A stretch of 32,000 nucleotides of DNA, from the NCBI RefSeq assembly GCF_000008565.1, contig NC_001263.1, positions 1,580,648 through 1,612,647 on the forward strand. The letters run 5' to 3'. This document shows, piece after piece, positions 1 through 11,088 of this stretch; positions within the stretch are counted from its first letter, which is position 1, and every line of letters begins with the position of its first letter. Origin of the DNA: Deinococcus radiodurans R1 = ATCC 13939 = DSM 20539. GTDB lineage: Bacteria > Deinococcota > Deinococci > Deinococcales > Deinococcaceae. The notes beneath the pieces were generated by a model that made no database searches, was not told the origin of the DNA, and worked only from the letters and a program-made list of their open reading frames with translations. The position numbers and the translations under genes were made by a program.

Positions 1-195
1 CACGTTCAAGTCGCGGTCGGGTGTCAGGTCAAAAACATTCAGCGCGGCGTCGAGCATCTGCCGCTGCTGCCCAGTAGACAGAATCAGCGGCGTCAGGCCG
101 GGCGTGCGCTCCAGGGCGCGGTAGACAGGGGCCATCTTGGTGGCCTCGGGGCGGGTGCCGAAAGCGAGGACGATGCGGCGGTCAGGTTGGGACAT
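1..195 (-). CDS. wecB: UDP-N-acetylglucosamine 2-epimerase (WecB/MnaA family), N-terminal 65 codons only; the gene runs off the window start
   Basis: My translation of the reverse complement from ATG 195-193 is [75 protein letters not shown]...TGQ..ML is the N-terminal signature of non-hydrolysing UDP-GlcNAc 2-epimerases. AGGAG lies at 208-204 (minus), 8 nt upstream. It is absent from the ORF track because it has no in-window stop. Confidence 0.85.
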   Translation of the reverse strand, partial: MSQPDRRIVLAFGTRPEATKMAPVYRALERTPGLTPLILSTGQQRQMLDAALNVFDLTPDRDLNV

Positions 196-212
196 AACAA
201 ACACTCCTAAAC

Positions 213-1343
213 TCAGTTGAGGTGCGGGGCCCGCTCGCGTTCGTGGGCCCGCACCCGCAACCGCGCCACGGCACCGAGGCTCAGGGCAATCACCAGCGCC
301 GCGACCGCCACCACCAGGGGCTTCACCCCTTGCAGCAGCATGCCCGCCACGCCGCACAGCAGCGCCACGCCCCACAGGATGACCGCCGTGCGCCGCGCCG
401 AGGCGGTGCGGGCGAGCACCCGGTGGTGAATGTGGGTCTTGTCGGGGTGCCCCAGCGGGTTGCGAATCCCCCGGCGCAGCCGCCCGATGACCACCTGGGT
501 GGTGTCCATGACCGGCAGCGCCAGCACGATCAGCGGCACGATCAGGCTGGCGCCCGCGCTGACTTTCAGCGTGCCGAGCAGACTCACGGCGGCCAGCGTA
601 AAACCGATGAGGTACGAGCCCCCACCCAGGATGATGCGGCTGGGGCTGAAGTTGTAGCGCAGGTAGCCCAGGCAAGCGCCCGCGAGCCCGGCGAGGAGCA
701 CCACCGCCGCCGCGCGGTCGGAAAACTGCGCCGCCGTGATGAGCAGCACCATGCTCACGATAAAGCCCAGGCCGCCCACCACGCCGTCCACCCCGTCCAT
801 CAGGTTGACCGCGTTGGTCAGGCCCACGATCCACAGGATGGTCAGGACGGTGCTGAGGGGGTCGTTGACCACGTCAGGCAGGGTCGGCAGGAAAGGAATG
901 GCGTTGAAATCCATCTTCAGCCCATTGACCATCAGGAGGACCGCCGCGAGCACCTGCACCACCAGCCGCAGCGCGGGCGAGAGGTCCGCCCGGTCGTCGA
1001 TGAAACCCAGAAACATCATCAGGGTCGCGCCGAGCATGATGGCGAGCACCTGAATATTGACGAGTTCCACGGCGATAGGCCGAATCGCCCAGGCCACGAT
1101 GATGCTCACGATAAAACCCGCAAAAATGCCCAGCCCGCCCGCGTTGGGCAGCGGTTCCTTGTTCAGTCGCCGGGCGTTGGGCATGTCGGCCCAGCCCGCC
1201 TGCACCGCAAATTCGCGCAGCCGGGGCATAAAAAACCAGGTAAAGAGCAGCGCCGTGACGAACGTCACCAGAACGCTCAGGAAACCGGCCCCGAAAGGGT
1301 CGGCGATGCCGAGTTGCGCCGCGAGCGCCCGCAAAGAGTCCAT
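213..1343 (-). CDS. Glycosyltransferase family 4 polyprenyl-phosphate sugar-1-phosphate transferase (WecA/MraY-like)
   Basis: ORF track, 376 aa. It is a polytopic membrane protein with the family motifs [21 protein letters not shown] and HIHHRVLA. It lies directly upstream of the wecB-like gene on the same strand. Confidence 0.85.
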   Translation of the reverse strand: MDSLRALAAQLGIADPFGAGFLSVLVTFVTALLFTWFFMPRLREFAVQAGWADMPNARRLNKEPLPNAGGLGIFAGFIVSIIVAWAIRPIAVELVNIQVLAIMLGATLMMFLGFIDDRADLSPALRLVVQVLAAVLLMVNGLKMDFNAIPFLPTLPDVVNDPLSTVLTILWIVGLTNAVNLMDGVDGVVGGLGFIVSMVLLITAAQFSDRAAAVVLLAGLAGACLGYLRYNFSPSRIILGGGSYLIGFTLAAVSLLGTLKVSAGASLIVPLIVLALPVMDTTQVVIGRLRRGIRNPLGHPDKTHIHHRVLARTASARRTAVILWGVALLCGVAGMLLQGVKPLVVAVAALVIALSLGAVARLRVRAHERERAPHLN

Positions 1344-1438
1344 AACGTGACCGGATTCTAAAGGCTGGGGGCGGCGGGGGCATCAGACGAAAGGTGCAGT
1401 GGGCTTTTTCAGCGCTCGCCCCGCACCTCAAATTGAGG

Positions 1439-2062
1439 TCACTTCGTGCCGTAGATGCGGTCCCCGGCGTCCCCCAGCCCCGGCACGATGTAGCCGTGGT
1501 CGTTGAGGCGGCTGTCCACCGAGGCAGTCACGATGTCCACGTCGGGGTGCGCCTGTTGCACGGCGTGGATGCCCTCGGGCGCGGCGAGGATGGTCATCAG
1601 CTTGATGGACTGCGCGCCCGCGTCCTTGAGGTTCTGGATGGCGGCGTTGGCACTGCCGCCCGTCGCCAGCATGGGGTCGGTGAGAAACACGCGGCGCTCG
1701 GCGATGTCGGCGGGGAGCTTGGAGTAGTACGCCACCGGCGCGAGGCTCTGCGGGTCGCGGTACATGCCGATGTGCCCCACCTTGGCCGCCGGCACGAGCG
1801 TCACGATGGCGTCGGTCATGACCAGGCCCGCGCGCAAAATCGCCACCAGCGCCAGCTTCTTGCCGCTGAGCATGGGAAAGTCGCCTTCCTCGATGGGCGT
1901 CGCGAAGCGCACCGGCTCCACCTCGAGGTCGCGCATGGCTTCGTAGGCGAGCAGCAGACTGAGTTCGCCCGCGAGCTCGCGGAATTCCTTGACGCCGGTG
2001 CGCTCATCACGCATCAGCGAGAGCTTGTGCTGGACCAGGGGATGCTCGACGAGAGTGACCAT
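1439..2062 (-). CDS. upp: Uracil phosphoribosyltransferase
   Basis: ORF track 1439..2071. [22 protein letters not shown], the PRPP loop [14 protein letters not shown] and the C-terminal [17 protein letters not shown] are Upp hallmarks. I start at ATG 2062 because TATCGT (2075-2070, minus) sits 7 nt upstream, fitting the leaderless pattern. The GTG at 2071 would overlap that hexamer. Confidence 0.93.
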   Translation of the reverse strand: MVTLVEHPLVQHKLSLMRDERTGVKEFRELAGELSLLLAYEAMRDLEVEPVRFATPIEEGDFPMLSGKKLALVAILRAGLVMTDAIVTLVPAAKVGHIGMYRDPQSLAPVAYYSKLPADIAERRVFLTDPMLATGGSANAAIQNLKDAGAQSIKLMTILAAPEGIHAVQQAHPDVDIVTASVDSRLNDHGYIVPGLGDAGDRIYGTK

Positions 2063-2119
2063 GAGGCACACGATAGCGGGCCCGCGCCCGCCGCGCCGCG
2101 CCTTGCCCGACCCTCGGCT

Positions 2120-2956
2120 CTACTCTCCCGGCAGCCGCGCCAGCACGTGCCGCGCACGGGGAATCTTTTTTTCGCGCTGGCTGTCGAACTCGTAGGGCTC
2201 GTTCATCAGGAACCAGTACAGGTCGTGCAGGGTGGTCATGGCGACGTAGGCGCGGTAGCGGCGCAGGGTGGCCGGCTGCTGGTCGGGCAGGAAGGTCAGC
2301 GCGGCGCTCAGGCTCTCGTCGGCGGGCAGCAGGTCGAGGGTGCCGGTCTTGAGCAGGGCGAGGTCGCGCAGCGGGTCGTCGGGGGCCGCCTTCGTCCAGT
2401 CGATGATGAGGACTTCGCCGCTCTCGCGGTTCATCAGGATGTTGTCGTGCCACAAGTCGAGATGGCAAAAGGCGGCGGGCTGGTCGAAGAGCCCCTGGTC
2501 GAGCGGCACCTCCACCGCCTCGAAGAGGTCGCTCAGGCCATAGCCCGACAGCGACGAGCGAAAGCGCCGCAGCCGCTCCTGCACCCGCCGCAGGTCCACC
2601 CGGCCCTCACGGTGCTGGTGCAGCGCGGCGAGTTGCGTGCGCAGGGCCGGCAGCGCGCGGGTCACGTCCTCACGGGTCAGCGGGCGCCCGCTGAAACGGC
2701 GCAGCACGAGCGCCTCGATGCCGTCGGCCTCGGTGGCGTCGACGACCCACTCACCGAGCCCGGCGCGGCGCATGTTGGCGGCTTCGGTGCGGTGTTCGCC
2801 CTGGTGGTTGCGGTAGACCTTGACCACCGCCTCGCCGCCGGGCGTGGAGTAGACGCGGCTTTGCATCCCGCTGTCCATCGGCGTCAGGGGGCCGTAGCGG
2901 GCTTCCAGCACCGGAAAATGCGCCGGGGCCGCCGAGGAGAAGTTCGAGCCTCGCAC
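2120..2956 (-). CDS. Aminoglycoside/choline-kinase-fold phosphotransferase (APH family), substrate unknown
   Basis: ORF track, 278 aa with a GTG start. It has the VVKVY lysine, the catalytic loop [12 protein letters not shown] (HxDxxxxN) and LIIDW. Only 8 nt separate it from the stop of the upstream HD-GYP gene. Confidence 0.7.
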   Translation of the reverse strand: MRGSNFSSAAPAHFPVLEARYGPLTPMDSGMQSRVYSTPGGEAVVKVYRNHQGEHRTEAANMRRAGLGEWVVDATEADGIEALVLRRFSGRPLTREDVTRALPALRTQLAALHQHREGRVDLRRVQERLRRFRSSLSGYGLSDLFEAVEVPLDQGLFDQPAAFCHLDLWHDNILMNRESGEVLIIDWTKAAPDDPLRDLALLKTGTLDLLPADESLSAALTFLPDQQPATLRRYRAYVAMTTLHDLYWFLMNEPYEFDSQREKKIPRARHVLARLPGE

Positions 2957-2964
2957 GCCAGAGG

Positions 2965-3993
2965 TCAGGACGCGGCCTTCTCCAGCGCCTTATGCAGGGC
3001 GTTCACCACGCGGGGGTCGAGGCCCTTGCCCGCCTGCGCCTGCACCCGCTCGAGGTCGCCGGTGCGGACGTAAGCGTTGGCGACCGCCAGAATGCGCGCG
3101 TAGAGCGGAATGTCCTCGCCCGCGAGCTTGTCGGGCTCGCCCTGGCCGTCCCAGCGCTCGTGGTGGTGACGAATGGCCTTTTGCGCCTCGGCGAGATGCG
3201 GCACGTTTTGCAGGAAATTGGCCCCGACGAGGGCGTGCCCCTGCTCGCCGTGAATTTTGCCGAGGTCGTGCAGGGTGGCGGCGAACCACAATTCTTCGAG
3301 TTCACGGGAGGAAAGCCCCAACGACCGGCCAATCTTCATGCTGGCGTCGGCCACCGCTGCCGAGTGCCCCAAGCCGTCGAAATCCTGGCTCTCGATGGCC
3401 TCGACCACCGCACTCGACACCTGCCGGGCAGCCTGCTGCCAGTCGTCGCGGGCGTCGAGCATCCCCAGGATGGGCGCCACCGCCGTGGCCCAGCGCGCCA
3501 CCGCTTCCTGCTGGGTGGGCGAAATGGGGTCGGCGTTCGTGCGGTCGAGCACCAGCGCCCCGAGCGTCCGCCCCCGGTCGCTCACCGGCACCACCAGCGA
3601 GAGCGGCACGTCGCGCATCCCCGCCGCGTCGAGCACCTTGTGCAGCTCGGGCGCGTTGGCCTCGTACAGTTCGCTGCTGCCATCCGACAGCACGCGGGGC
3701 CGCATCGCCGCCCAGGGGCCGCTGAGCGCGGTGCCGATCAGGCTGCGCGGGTAGCCGAACACTGCCGCCACCTTGTCCTGGCCCCGGCGCACCACCGCGT
3801 AGCCGTTGACGTTGCCGCCGAGCAGCGTGGCGGCGTAGGCCAGGGCGTTTTCCAGCACGCCCTCGGCGCTGGGGCGCGACAGCAACTCCGCGAGCACCCG
3901 CGTCGGGTCGAGCGGCTCATGGGCGGACACTCCCGTCACGCTGGTGCGGCGGGCGTCGGGCGTGGTGTTGGAGGTGGCTTTGCGTCGGAACAC
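2965..3993 (-). CDS. GAF-like sensor domain fused to an HD-GYP-type phosphohydrolase domain (GYP replaced by GEP)
   Basis: ORF track, 342 aa with a GTG start at 3993. The N-terminal ~190 aa look GAF-like ([21 protein letters not shown]). The C-terminal part has [15 protein letters not shown] and [13 protein letters not shown], which is the HD-GYP signature HHERWDGxGYP with Y replaced by E. Confidence 0.8.
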   Translation of the reverse strand: MFRRKATSNTTPDARRTSVTGVSAHEPLDPTRVLAELLSRPSAEGVLENALAYAATLLGGNVNGYAVVRRGQDKVAAVFGYPRSLIGTALSGPWAAMRPRVLSDGSSELYEANAPELHKVLDAAGMRDVPLSLVVPVSDRGRTLGALVLDRTNADPISPTQQEAVARWATAVAPILGMLDARDDWQQAARQVSSAVVEAIESQDFDGLGHSAAVADASMKIGRSLGLSSRELEELWFAATLHDLGKIHGEQGHALVGANFLQNVPHLAEAQKAIRHHHERWDGQGEPDKLAGEDIPLYARILAVANAYVRTGDLERVQAQAGKGLDPRVVNALHKALEKAAS

Positions 3994-4002
3994 GGTAGAC
4001 GC

Positions 4003-4021
4003 AGTATAGCCGCGTTACCCT
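4003..4021. promoter_or_regulatory. Back-to-back -10-like hexamers for two divergent genes
   Basis: TATACT on the minus strand (4008-4003) lies 9 nt before GTG 3993. TACCCT on the plus strand (4016-4021) lies 9 nt before ATG 4031. The whole intergenic gap is 37 bp and neither gene has a Shine-Dalgarno. Confidence 0.45.
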
Positions 4022-4030
4022 GAATGCCAC

Positions 4031-4786
4031 ATGGCTCCTCTGACCCGCCGCGCTTCCCCCCCACCGAGTTCCCCCACCGCCGTCACCGCGCCGGTGCAGC
4101 AGGCCTACGCCCGTTATGGCCGCCAAGCCGGGCAATGGACCGCGCAGTACCTCGCCAAAGGCGGTGAGGTCTTTTGCGGCGCCGGCTGTTATTTCTGCTG
4201 CGACATGCCGATTCGTGTCTCGCTGGCCGAGGCGCTGATTACCGCGCAGGCCCTGACGCCCGAACAGGCCCGCGCCTTCGAAAAACATGCCCGCGCCGTG
4301 GGGCAAAATGCCCGCACCGCCCGCGACGAGGACGAGTTCGTGCAGCGCCACCGCATTGAAATCAGCTTTTGCCCGCTGCTCGACCGCGAAACCGGCGCCT
4401 GCTCGCAGTACGACGCCCGCCCCACCCGCTGCCGCGACACTTTCAGCGCCTTTCCCGCACACTTTTGCGCCTGCGGCACCTGGGAGAACATGACCCGCCG
4501 CGAGCAGGCCGAGTACCGCCGCGAGGTCGCCCGCACCCCCGGCACCGACGGCGAGGTGCATTTCATCGCCCCGCTTGAGCATCTCAGCGAGCCGGTATGG
4601 GCCGCCGCGAGCAAGGCGATGCGGAAGGCGTGGGGGCTGGAAGTCTGGGGCGATTTCTGGACGCTGACCACCCTGGCCCGCGACCCGCAGTTCATGGCGA
4701 AGGTGCAGGCCGGAGACGGGCGCGGCGCCTGGAGCCAGGCTAAGAGCCGGGGGCTGGCGCACGCCGTAACGTTGGAAATCGGCTGA
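4031..4786 (+). CDS. YkgJ-family (UPF0153) cysteine-cluster, putative Fe-S/Zn-binding protein
   Basis: ORF track, 251 aa. It carries CGAGCYFCC early and [26 protein letters not shown] later, the CxxCxxCC ... CPxL..G.C..Y..RP..CR pattern of this family. Confidence 0.7.
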   Translation: MAPLTRRASPPPSSPTAVTAPVQQAYARYGRQAGQWTAQYLAKGGEVFCGAGCYFCCDMPIRVSLAEALITAQALTPEQARAFEKHARAVGQNARTARDEDEFVQRHRIEISFCPLLDRETGACSQYDARPTRCRDTFSAFPAHFCACGTWENMTRREQAEYRREVARTPGTDGEVHFIAPLEHLSEPVWAAASKAMRKAWGLEVWGDFWTLTTLARDPQFMAKVQAGDGRGAWSQAKSRGLAHAVTLEIG

Positions 4787-4796
4787 ATCTCCATAC

Positions 4797-4834
4797 AAAA
4801 AAGTCCCCGGCCAACTCGCCGGGGATTTCTTTTG
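4797..4834. terminator. Bidirectional intrinsic terminator between convergent genes
   Basis: The stem is TCCCCGGC (4804-4811) / GCCGGGGA (4818-4825) with loop CAACTC. It is preceded by AAAAAA and followed by TTTCTTTTG. Confidence 0.75.
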
Positions 4835-4856
4835 CCGCTCTTGCCGTTCTCTTCTC

Positions 4857-5893
4857 TCAGAGAATGTCGTCGCGGATGCACGCCTTGAAGTGGTCGGGCG
4901 AGACTTCACGCAGTTCGGGCACGATGTTGGCGCAGTCGGCAATCGCGTAGCGGCAGCGGGTGCGGAACACGCAGCCCGAGGGCGGGTTGATGGGGCTGGG
5001 GATATCGCCCTCAAGGATGATGCGCTGACGCTTGATGGTGGGGTCGGGCACCGGGGAGGCCGAGAGCAGCGCCTCGGTGTAGGGGTGCTTGGGGTTGCGG
5101 TTGAGTTCGCGGCTCGGCGCGATTTCCATGATGCGGCCCAGGTACATCACGATCATGCGGTCACAGATGTACTCGACGACGTGCAGGTCGTGGGCGATGA
5201 ACAGCACCGTCAGGCCGAGTTCTTCCTGAAGGTCCTGAATCAGGTTGACGACCTGCGCCTGGATGGACACGTCGAGCGCCGACACCGGCTCGTCGGCCAC
5301 GATGAAGCTGGGGTCCACCGCTAGAGCGCGGGCAATCCCGATGCGCTGGCGCTGACCGCCCGAGAACTCGTGGGGGTAACGGCCCATGTGCTCGGGGCGC
5401 AGACCCACGCGCTGCAACAGCTCGGCGATGCGGTCCACGCGCGCCTTGCCGGGGTGCAGGTTATGAATCTGCATCGCTTCGCCGAGGATGTCGCTCACCG
5501 TCATACGCGGGTTGAGCGAGGCGAAGGGGTCCTGGAAGATGATCTGCATCTCGCGGCGGTAATCGCGCATCTGGGACTTGCCCAGCTTGGTGATGTCGGT
5601 GCCGTTGAAGATGACCTGCCCGCCCGTCGGTTCGATCAGGCGCAGCAGGGCGCGTCCGGCGGTGGTCTTGCCGGAGCCGGATTCACCGATGAGGCCCACC
5701 ACTTCGCCCTTGCCGACACGGAAAGTAATGTCGTTAACGGCCTTGACGTTGGCGACCACACGCGACATCAGGCCGCCGCGAATGGGGAAGTACTTCTGAA
5801 GGTTGTTGACTTCGAGCAGGTCAGCGCGCGGCGCTGCGGCGGCTCCCAGCGGAGCGCCGGTGGTCACGGGGGCCGTCGGAATGGGACCAGTGG

Positions 5894-5897
<4 letters not shown>
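4857..5897 (-). CDS. Peptide/nickel ABC transporter ATP-binding protein (OppF/DppF type)
   Basis: ORF track, 346 aa. It has Walker [10 protein letters not shown], signature [15 protein letters not shown] and Walker [13 protein letters not shown]. The C-terminal oligopeptide-ABC extension carries Cys residues. Its start overlaps the upstream stop as ATGA (5894-5897). Confidence 0.9.
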
Positions 5898-6985
<1,088 letters not shown>

Positions 6986-7022
6986 TGCTCTCCCCTGTTG
7001 TGCATAAAAAGCATCATAACGG

Positions 7023-8153
7023 CTAGCGGCGGCGGCGAGGGTCGAACGCGTCACGCAGGCCGTCGCCCACGAACTGCCAGCCCAGAACGGCCAGCATGAT
7101 GAACACACCCGGCAGCAGCACCCAGGGACGGGTGTCGAGCGACTCGAAACCGCCGTCCTGCGCTAGCTTGAGCAGGCTGCCCCACGAGGCGTAAGGCTCC
7201 ACGATGCCGATGCCGATAAAGCTCAGGCCCGATTCGGTGAGGATGTAACCGGGAATCGCCAGCGACATCGCCACGATGATGAAGGTGGCCGAGTTGGGCA
7301 GCAGGTGCTGACCGATGATGCGGGCGTCCGACGCGCCGAGGGCGTTGGCGGCCTGCACATAGTCCATTTCGCGGCCCGACAGGATCTGGCCGCGCACCAC
7401 GCGGGCAATCCCGCCCCAGCCGATGAACGCCAGCAGACCGCCCACGATGTAGAACACCAGAATCGGGTTGGCTTCGAGCGGGAACATGGCGCGGAGCAGA
7501 ATCAGCAGAAAGAGGTCGGGAATGGCCGAAAGCACCTCGACCAGACGCATGATGAGCGTGTCGGCCAAGCCCCGGAAGTACCCGGCGATACCGCCCAGCA
7601 CCAGCCCCAGCACCAGCGACAGCAGCGAGGCGATGATGCCGATGGTCAGGCTGATCTGCGAGCCGTACATGATGCGCGAGAACTGGTCACGCCCGAAGTT
7701 GTCGCTGCCGAGCAGATAGAGCTTGCAGGGTTCGTCCACGCCCATCAGCTTGAGGCTGCTGGGGATAAAGCCCAGGAACTTGTAGGTGCGGTCCTCAATG
7801 TCGGGGTTGCGGACAAAGAACTTGACCGGGCACTTGACCGAAGGGTCCTCGGTGTACTTGTCACGGAAGGTTTCCATGTCGATGTCGCGCTTGAGGCCGT
7901 AGACATGCGGCGCGAACTTGCCGTCATCCTGCCAGTGAATCTTGGTGGGGGGTGCCCAGGAAATACGGTCGGAGGTGCTGTACTCGGTCAGGCCGTAGGG
8001 GGCCAGAAAGCCCGCGAACAGCGCGATGAGATAAAGAAAGCCCAGGATAAACAGGCCCAGGCGGGCCAGGGGGTTACGGAAAAACTGGGTCCGAATGACC
8101 TGCCACTGGCTCTTGGATTTCTGGATTTTCTGGGGTGCGGTTGCAGTCGTCAT
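7023..8153 (-). CDS. ABC transporter permease (OppC/DppC type) with a long periplasmic loop after TM1
   Basis: ORF track, 376 aa. It has the EAA-type loop [29 protein letters not shown] lies upstream of ATG 8153. Confidence 0.88.
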   Translation of the reverse strand: MTTATAPQKIQKSKSQWQVIRTQFFRNPLARLGLFILGFLYLIALFAGFLAPYGLTEYSTSDRISWAPPTKIHWQDDGKFAPHVYGLKRDIDMETFRDKYTEDPSVKCPVKFFVRNPDIEDRTYKFLGFIPSSLKLMGVDEPCKLYLLGSDNFGRDQFSRIMYGSQISLTIGIIASLLSLVLGLVLGGIAGYFRGLADTLIMRLVEVLSAIPDLFLLILLRAMFPLEANPILVFYIVGGLLAFIGWGGIARVVRGQILSGREMDYVQAANALGASDARIIGQHLLPNSATFIIVAMSLAIPGYILTESGLSFIGIGIVEPYASWGSLLKLAQDGGFESLDTRPWVLLPGVFIMLAVLGWQFVGDGLRDAFDPRRRR

Positions 8154-8164
8154 CTCCAGGCTCC

Positions 8165-9148
8165 TTAGCTGTACCGGATGCGGGGGTCAACGGCAGCCAG
8201 CAGCAGGTCGGACAGCAGGTTGCCAATCATGTAGAGGAGGGTGCCGAGCGCCGTCACCGCCATCAGGATGTAGATGTCCTGGTTGCCGAGCGCCGTGAGT
8301 TGCAGCGGCGTCAGACCGGGCCAGTTGAACACGATTTCCAGAAAGCCCGCGCCGCCGATCAATGCAGGCAGCAGGCCGCCCAGACCCGCGATGGTCGGAA
8401 TCATGGCGAGCTTGAAGGCGTGCTTGTAGGTCACGGCGCGGTCGTTCAGGCCCTTGGCGCGGGCGGTGCGGATATAGTCCTGACCCAGCACTTCGAGCAT
8501 CTGGCCGCGAATAAAGCGGCTTTCACCGGAAATTCCGCGCAGCACCAGAATGATGGACGGAATCAGCGCGTGCAGGAACACGTCCCAGACGTGGCGCAGC
8601 GGCGAAATGTCGGTCGGCAGCGCACTGCTCGACTTACCGCCCAGGGGGAGGTCCCAGCCGAACTGCTGCTTGAGTTGCAGCATGGCGTAAATCGCCAGCA
8701 GACCGAAGAAAAATGAAGGTATCCCCAGGCCGATGTAGGAAAAGAAGGTAAACACGCGGTCCCAGAAGCTGTAGGGCTTGAGGGCGCTGTACACACCCAC
8801 AGGAATCGACACGGCGAAGTGCAGCACTGTGCTGATGACCACCAGAATCAGGCTGTTGAGAAACGGTCCCTGAATGACCTCGGCCACCGGGCGCTTGTAC
8901 TGGAAAGAGTCGCCCAGGTCGCCCATCAGCAGGTTCTTGAACCAGTAGAGGTACTGGACAAACACCGGCTGGTCCAGGCCAAATTCACGGCGCAGACGCT
9001 CGATGGTCTCGGGCTTGACCGACGGATTTTCCTTCAACTGAGACAGAAAGTCGCCTGGCGCGGCCTGGGTGATGAAAAACGCCAGCATGGTCGCCAGGAC
9101 GAAAGTAGGAATAAATTGCAGCACTCGCCGCAAGATGTAAGGAAGCAA
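8165..9148 (-). CDS. ABC transporter permease (OppB/DppB type)
   Basis: ORF track 8165..9166. It has the loop YIRTARAKGLNDRAVTYKHAFKLAMIP. I prefer the TTG start at 9148 (M-LPYILRRVLQF, the usual N-terminus of this family), which has GGAGG (9162-9158) 9 nt upstream. GTG 9166 is the alternative. Confidence 0.85.
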   Translation of the reverse strand: MLPYILRRVLQFIPTFVLATMLAFFITQAAPGDFLSQLKENPSVKPETIERLRREFGLDQPVFVQYLYWFKNLLMGDLGDSFQYKRPVAEVIQGPFLNSLILVVISTVLHFAVSIPVGVYSALKPYSFWDRVFTFFSYIGLGIPSFFFGLLAIYAMLQLKQQFGWDLPLGGKSSSALPTDISPLRHVWDVFLHALIPSIILVLRGISGESRFIRGQMLEVLGQDYIRTARAKGLNDRAVTYKHAFKLAMIPTIAGLGGLLPALIGGAGFLEIVFNWPGLTPLQLTALGNQDIYILMAVTALGTLLYMIGNLLSDLLLAAVDPRIRYS

Positions 9149-9230
9149 GGTGGTGGACCTCCACACGCATCAGGCAATCACCTGAAAAGAACAAAAGGTA
9201 GTTCGGGCTTCAATTGGCGAAACTCACGGA

Positions 9231-9265
9231 TTGGGCGCGGGGCCATGTGACGGCCCCGCGCCCAA
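9231..9265 (-). promoter_or_regulatory. Intra-operon 14-bp perfect hairpin between the binding-protein gene and the permease genes
   Basis: TTGGGCGCGGGGCC (9231-9244) pairs with GGCCCCGCGCCCAA (9252-9265) across a 7-nt loop. No T-tract follows on the minus strand, so it is more likely an attenuator or mRNA-stabilising stem than a full terminator. Confidence 0.55.
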
Positions 9266-9303
9266 CCGGAACTCAGGATTGAATTCTAGGCGTCCTCAGG
9301 ACC

Positions 9304-11088
9304 TCAGCGCTTGATCCAGGTCAGCGCGATGTCGCGGGGCCCGAAGAGGGTGCTGGCGTTCAAGCTGTTGATCTGGGGGCGGTTGTACTCGCCCTGCACG
9401 CGGTCGGTCCAGGCGAAGTGGACGGTCTGGGCGGCCAGCTGGATGTAGGGCTGGTTTTCCATTTCGTTCCTCTGGATCTGCGCGGCGATGGCCTTGCGCT
9501 TGGCGAGGTCGAACTCGGCGCGGCCCTTCCAGAACAGGTTCACGGCCTGGGTTTCGAAGGGGAAGCGGCACTTGTTGCTCTGGTTGAACATGTGCAGGTT
9601 GCCGCCGTCACCGAGGCCCTTGCACTCGACGACGCTGGGGCCGGACACGGGGTAGACCTGACCGCCACCGGTCAGACCGATGATGATGGCGTCGAAGTTA
9701 CGGCGACCGAAGTTGTCCTTGGCGTCGAGCAGCGTGGTCATCTGGTTGAAGGCGATGGCGCTGACGTTGATCTTGACGCCGACCTTCTTGGCCTCGTCCT
9801 GAATCACCTTGGCGTAGCTCTGACGACGGTTGTTCTCGGCGTTGGTAATCAGGGTGAATTCGAGCTTGTTGCCCGCCTTATCCACCAGGATGCCGTCGCT
9901 GCCCTTCTTGGTAAAGCCCAGTTCAGCCAGCAGCTTGGCAGCGGCGGTGGGGTTGAACTTGTACTTGTCCATGCCGCTGGGGATCCAGTCCTTGTACACG
10001 GGGTAGACCGAGGTGTAGGTGGGCTCGCCGAGACCGCCGAGAGCAAGGTCGACCATCGCGTCGCGGTTCATCAGCATGCTCATGGCCTGACGGAACTTGA
10101 CGTTGGAAAACAGCTTGGTCTTGAAGGTGGCGCTGTCGTCCATGTTGAAGACCATGAAGTCGCTGCTGGCGCGGGCGCTGGCGTTGGGAATCAGCGTGCC
10201 CTTGACCTTGCCGCCGTCCATGGCCGACTTGACCTGGGCCAGCTTGTCGCGGTTGTCGGGGCTGTAGGTGTCGAGGTTGCCCGCCAGGAACTGAGCGAGC
10301 TGAGCGTTGGCATCGGCCACGATGTTGATCTGGATGCCGTCCAGGTAGGGCAGCGACTTGCCCGCGCTGTCCTTGTTCCACTCGCCGAAGTAGGGGTTTT
10401 TCTTCAGGATGGCACGCTCACCACGCACATAACGGTCCAGCATGAAGGGGCCGCTGGTCACGATATTGTCGGGGTTGGTGCTGATGGTCCACATGTCCTT
10501 GATGCCCTGGGCACCCTTGGCCTTCCAGACAGGCATGAAGACGTGGGTGGGCTGGGGCAGGAAGATACCGGACAGGAACTCGATGGCGGTCACGTCGGCC
10601 TTGGGGAACACGACCTTGAGGGTGTTGCTGTCGACCTTGGTCACCTTGATCGGCTGGTTGTTGATGGTCCAGTAGTCGAAGGTGTTGCTGCCCACGTCCT
10701 TGTTGGAGTCGATGGTGTAGGCGGTGATCCAGTCGTCCACGGTAATCGGCTTGCCGTCGCTCCACTTCATGCCCTTGCGGATGTCGAAGGTGAAGGTGCG
10801 CTTGTCGGCGGACTGGGTGTACTTTTCCGCCATGTAGGGCGCGTAGTTGCCAGTCACAGGGTTGTAGCCCAGCAGCGAACCGGCGCTCAGCACGGCAGGC
10901 AGGTTGGGGCTTTCGGACGACACAAAGGGGTTCAGGGTCTTGAAGTCCTGAAGGTTGACGGAACGGAAGGTGCCGCCGGTCTGCACGTCGCCGGGCTTGT
11001 TGCTGGTCCAGTTGGCAGGGTAGACGAAGGGGGCGGCGAGCGAGGTGCTCGCGCCGAGGGCCAGGGCCAACATCATCACTTTCTTCAT
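9304..11088 (-). CDS. ABC transporter substrate-binding protein, family 5 (peptide/nickel)
   Basis: ORF track, 594 aa. It has the signal peptide MKKVMMLALALGASTSLAAP, family-5 size and composition, and GGAGG upstream of ATG 11088. It is the first gene of the five-gene importer operon. Confidence 0.9.
   Translation of the reverse strand: MKKVMMLALALGASTSLAAPFVYPANWTSNKPGDVQTGGTFRSVNLQDFKTLNPFVSSESPNLPAVLSAGSLLGYNPVTGNYAPYMAEKYTQSADKRTFTFDIRKGMKWSDGKPITVDDWITAYTIDSNKDVGSNTFDYWTINNQPIKVTKVDSNTLKVVFPKADVTAIEFLSGIFLPQPTHVFMPVWKAKGAQGIKDMWTISTNPDNIVTSGPFMLDRYVRGERAILKKNPYFGEWNKDSAGKSLPYLDGIQINIVADANAQLAQFLAGNLDTYSPDNRDKLAQVKSAMDGGKVKGTLIPNASARASSDFMVFNMDDSATFKTKLFSNVKFRQAMSMLMNRDAMVDLALGGLGEPTYTSVYPVYKDWIPSGMDKYKFNPTAAAKLLAELGFTKKGSDGILVDKAGNKLEFTLITNAENNRRQSYAKVIQDEAKKVGVKINVSAIAFNQMTTLLDAKDNFGRRNFDAIIIGLTGGGQVYPVSGPSVVECKGLGDGGNLHMFNQSNKCRFPFETQAVNLFWKGRAEFDLAKRKAIAAQIQRNEMENQPYIQLAAQTVHFAWTDRVQGEYNRPQINSLNASTLFGPRDIALTWIKR

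Noticed and set aside
222-1361. A 379-aa plus-strand ORF antisense to the GT4 transferase gene
   Set aside because: It is His/Arg/Asp/Gln/Gly-rich low-complexity sequence with no recognisable motif. It exactly shadows a gene with clear family motifs on the other strand. Long stop-free antisense frames are expected in DNA this G+C-rich.
1394-3073. A 559-aa plus-strand ORF
   Set aside because: It runs antisense across three separate well-supported genes (upp, the kinase and the start of the HD-GYP gene). It is rich in Arg/Gly/Ala/His/Val and has no motifs. It is a shadow ORF.
3917-5014. A 365-aa minus-strand ORF covering the YkgJ gene and the convergent terminator
   Set aside because: It crosses an intergenic terminator and the 3' end of the oppF-like gene in a wrong frame. 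Its composition is Ala/Gly/Arg/Pro junk.
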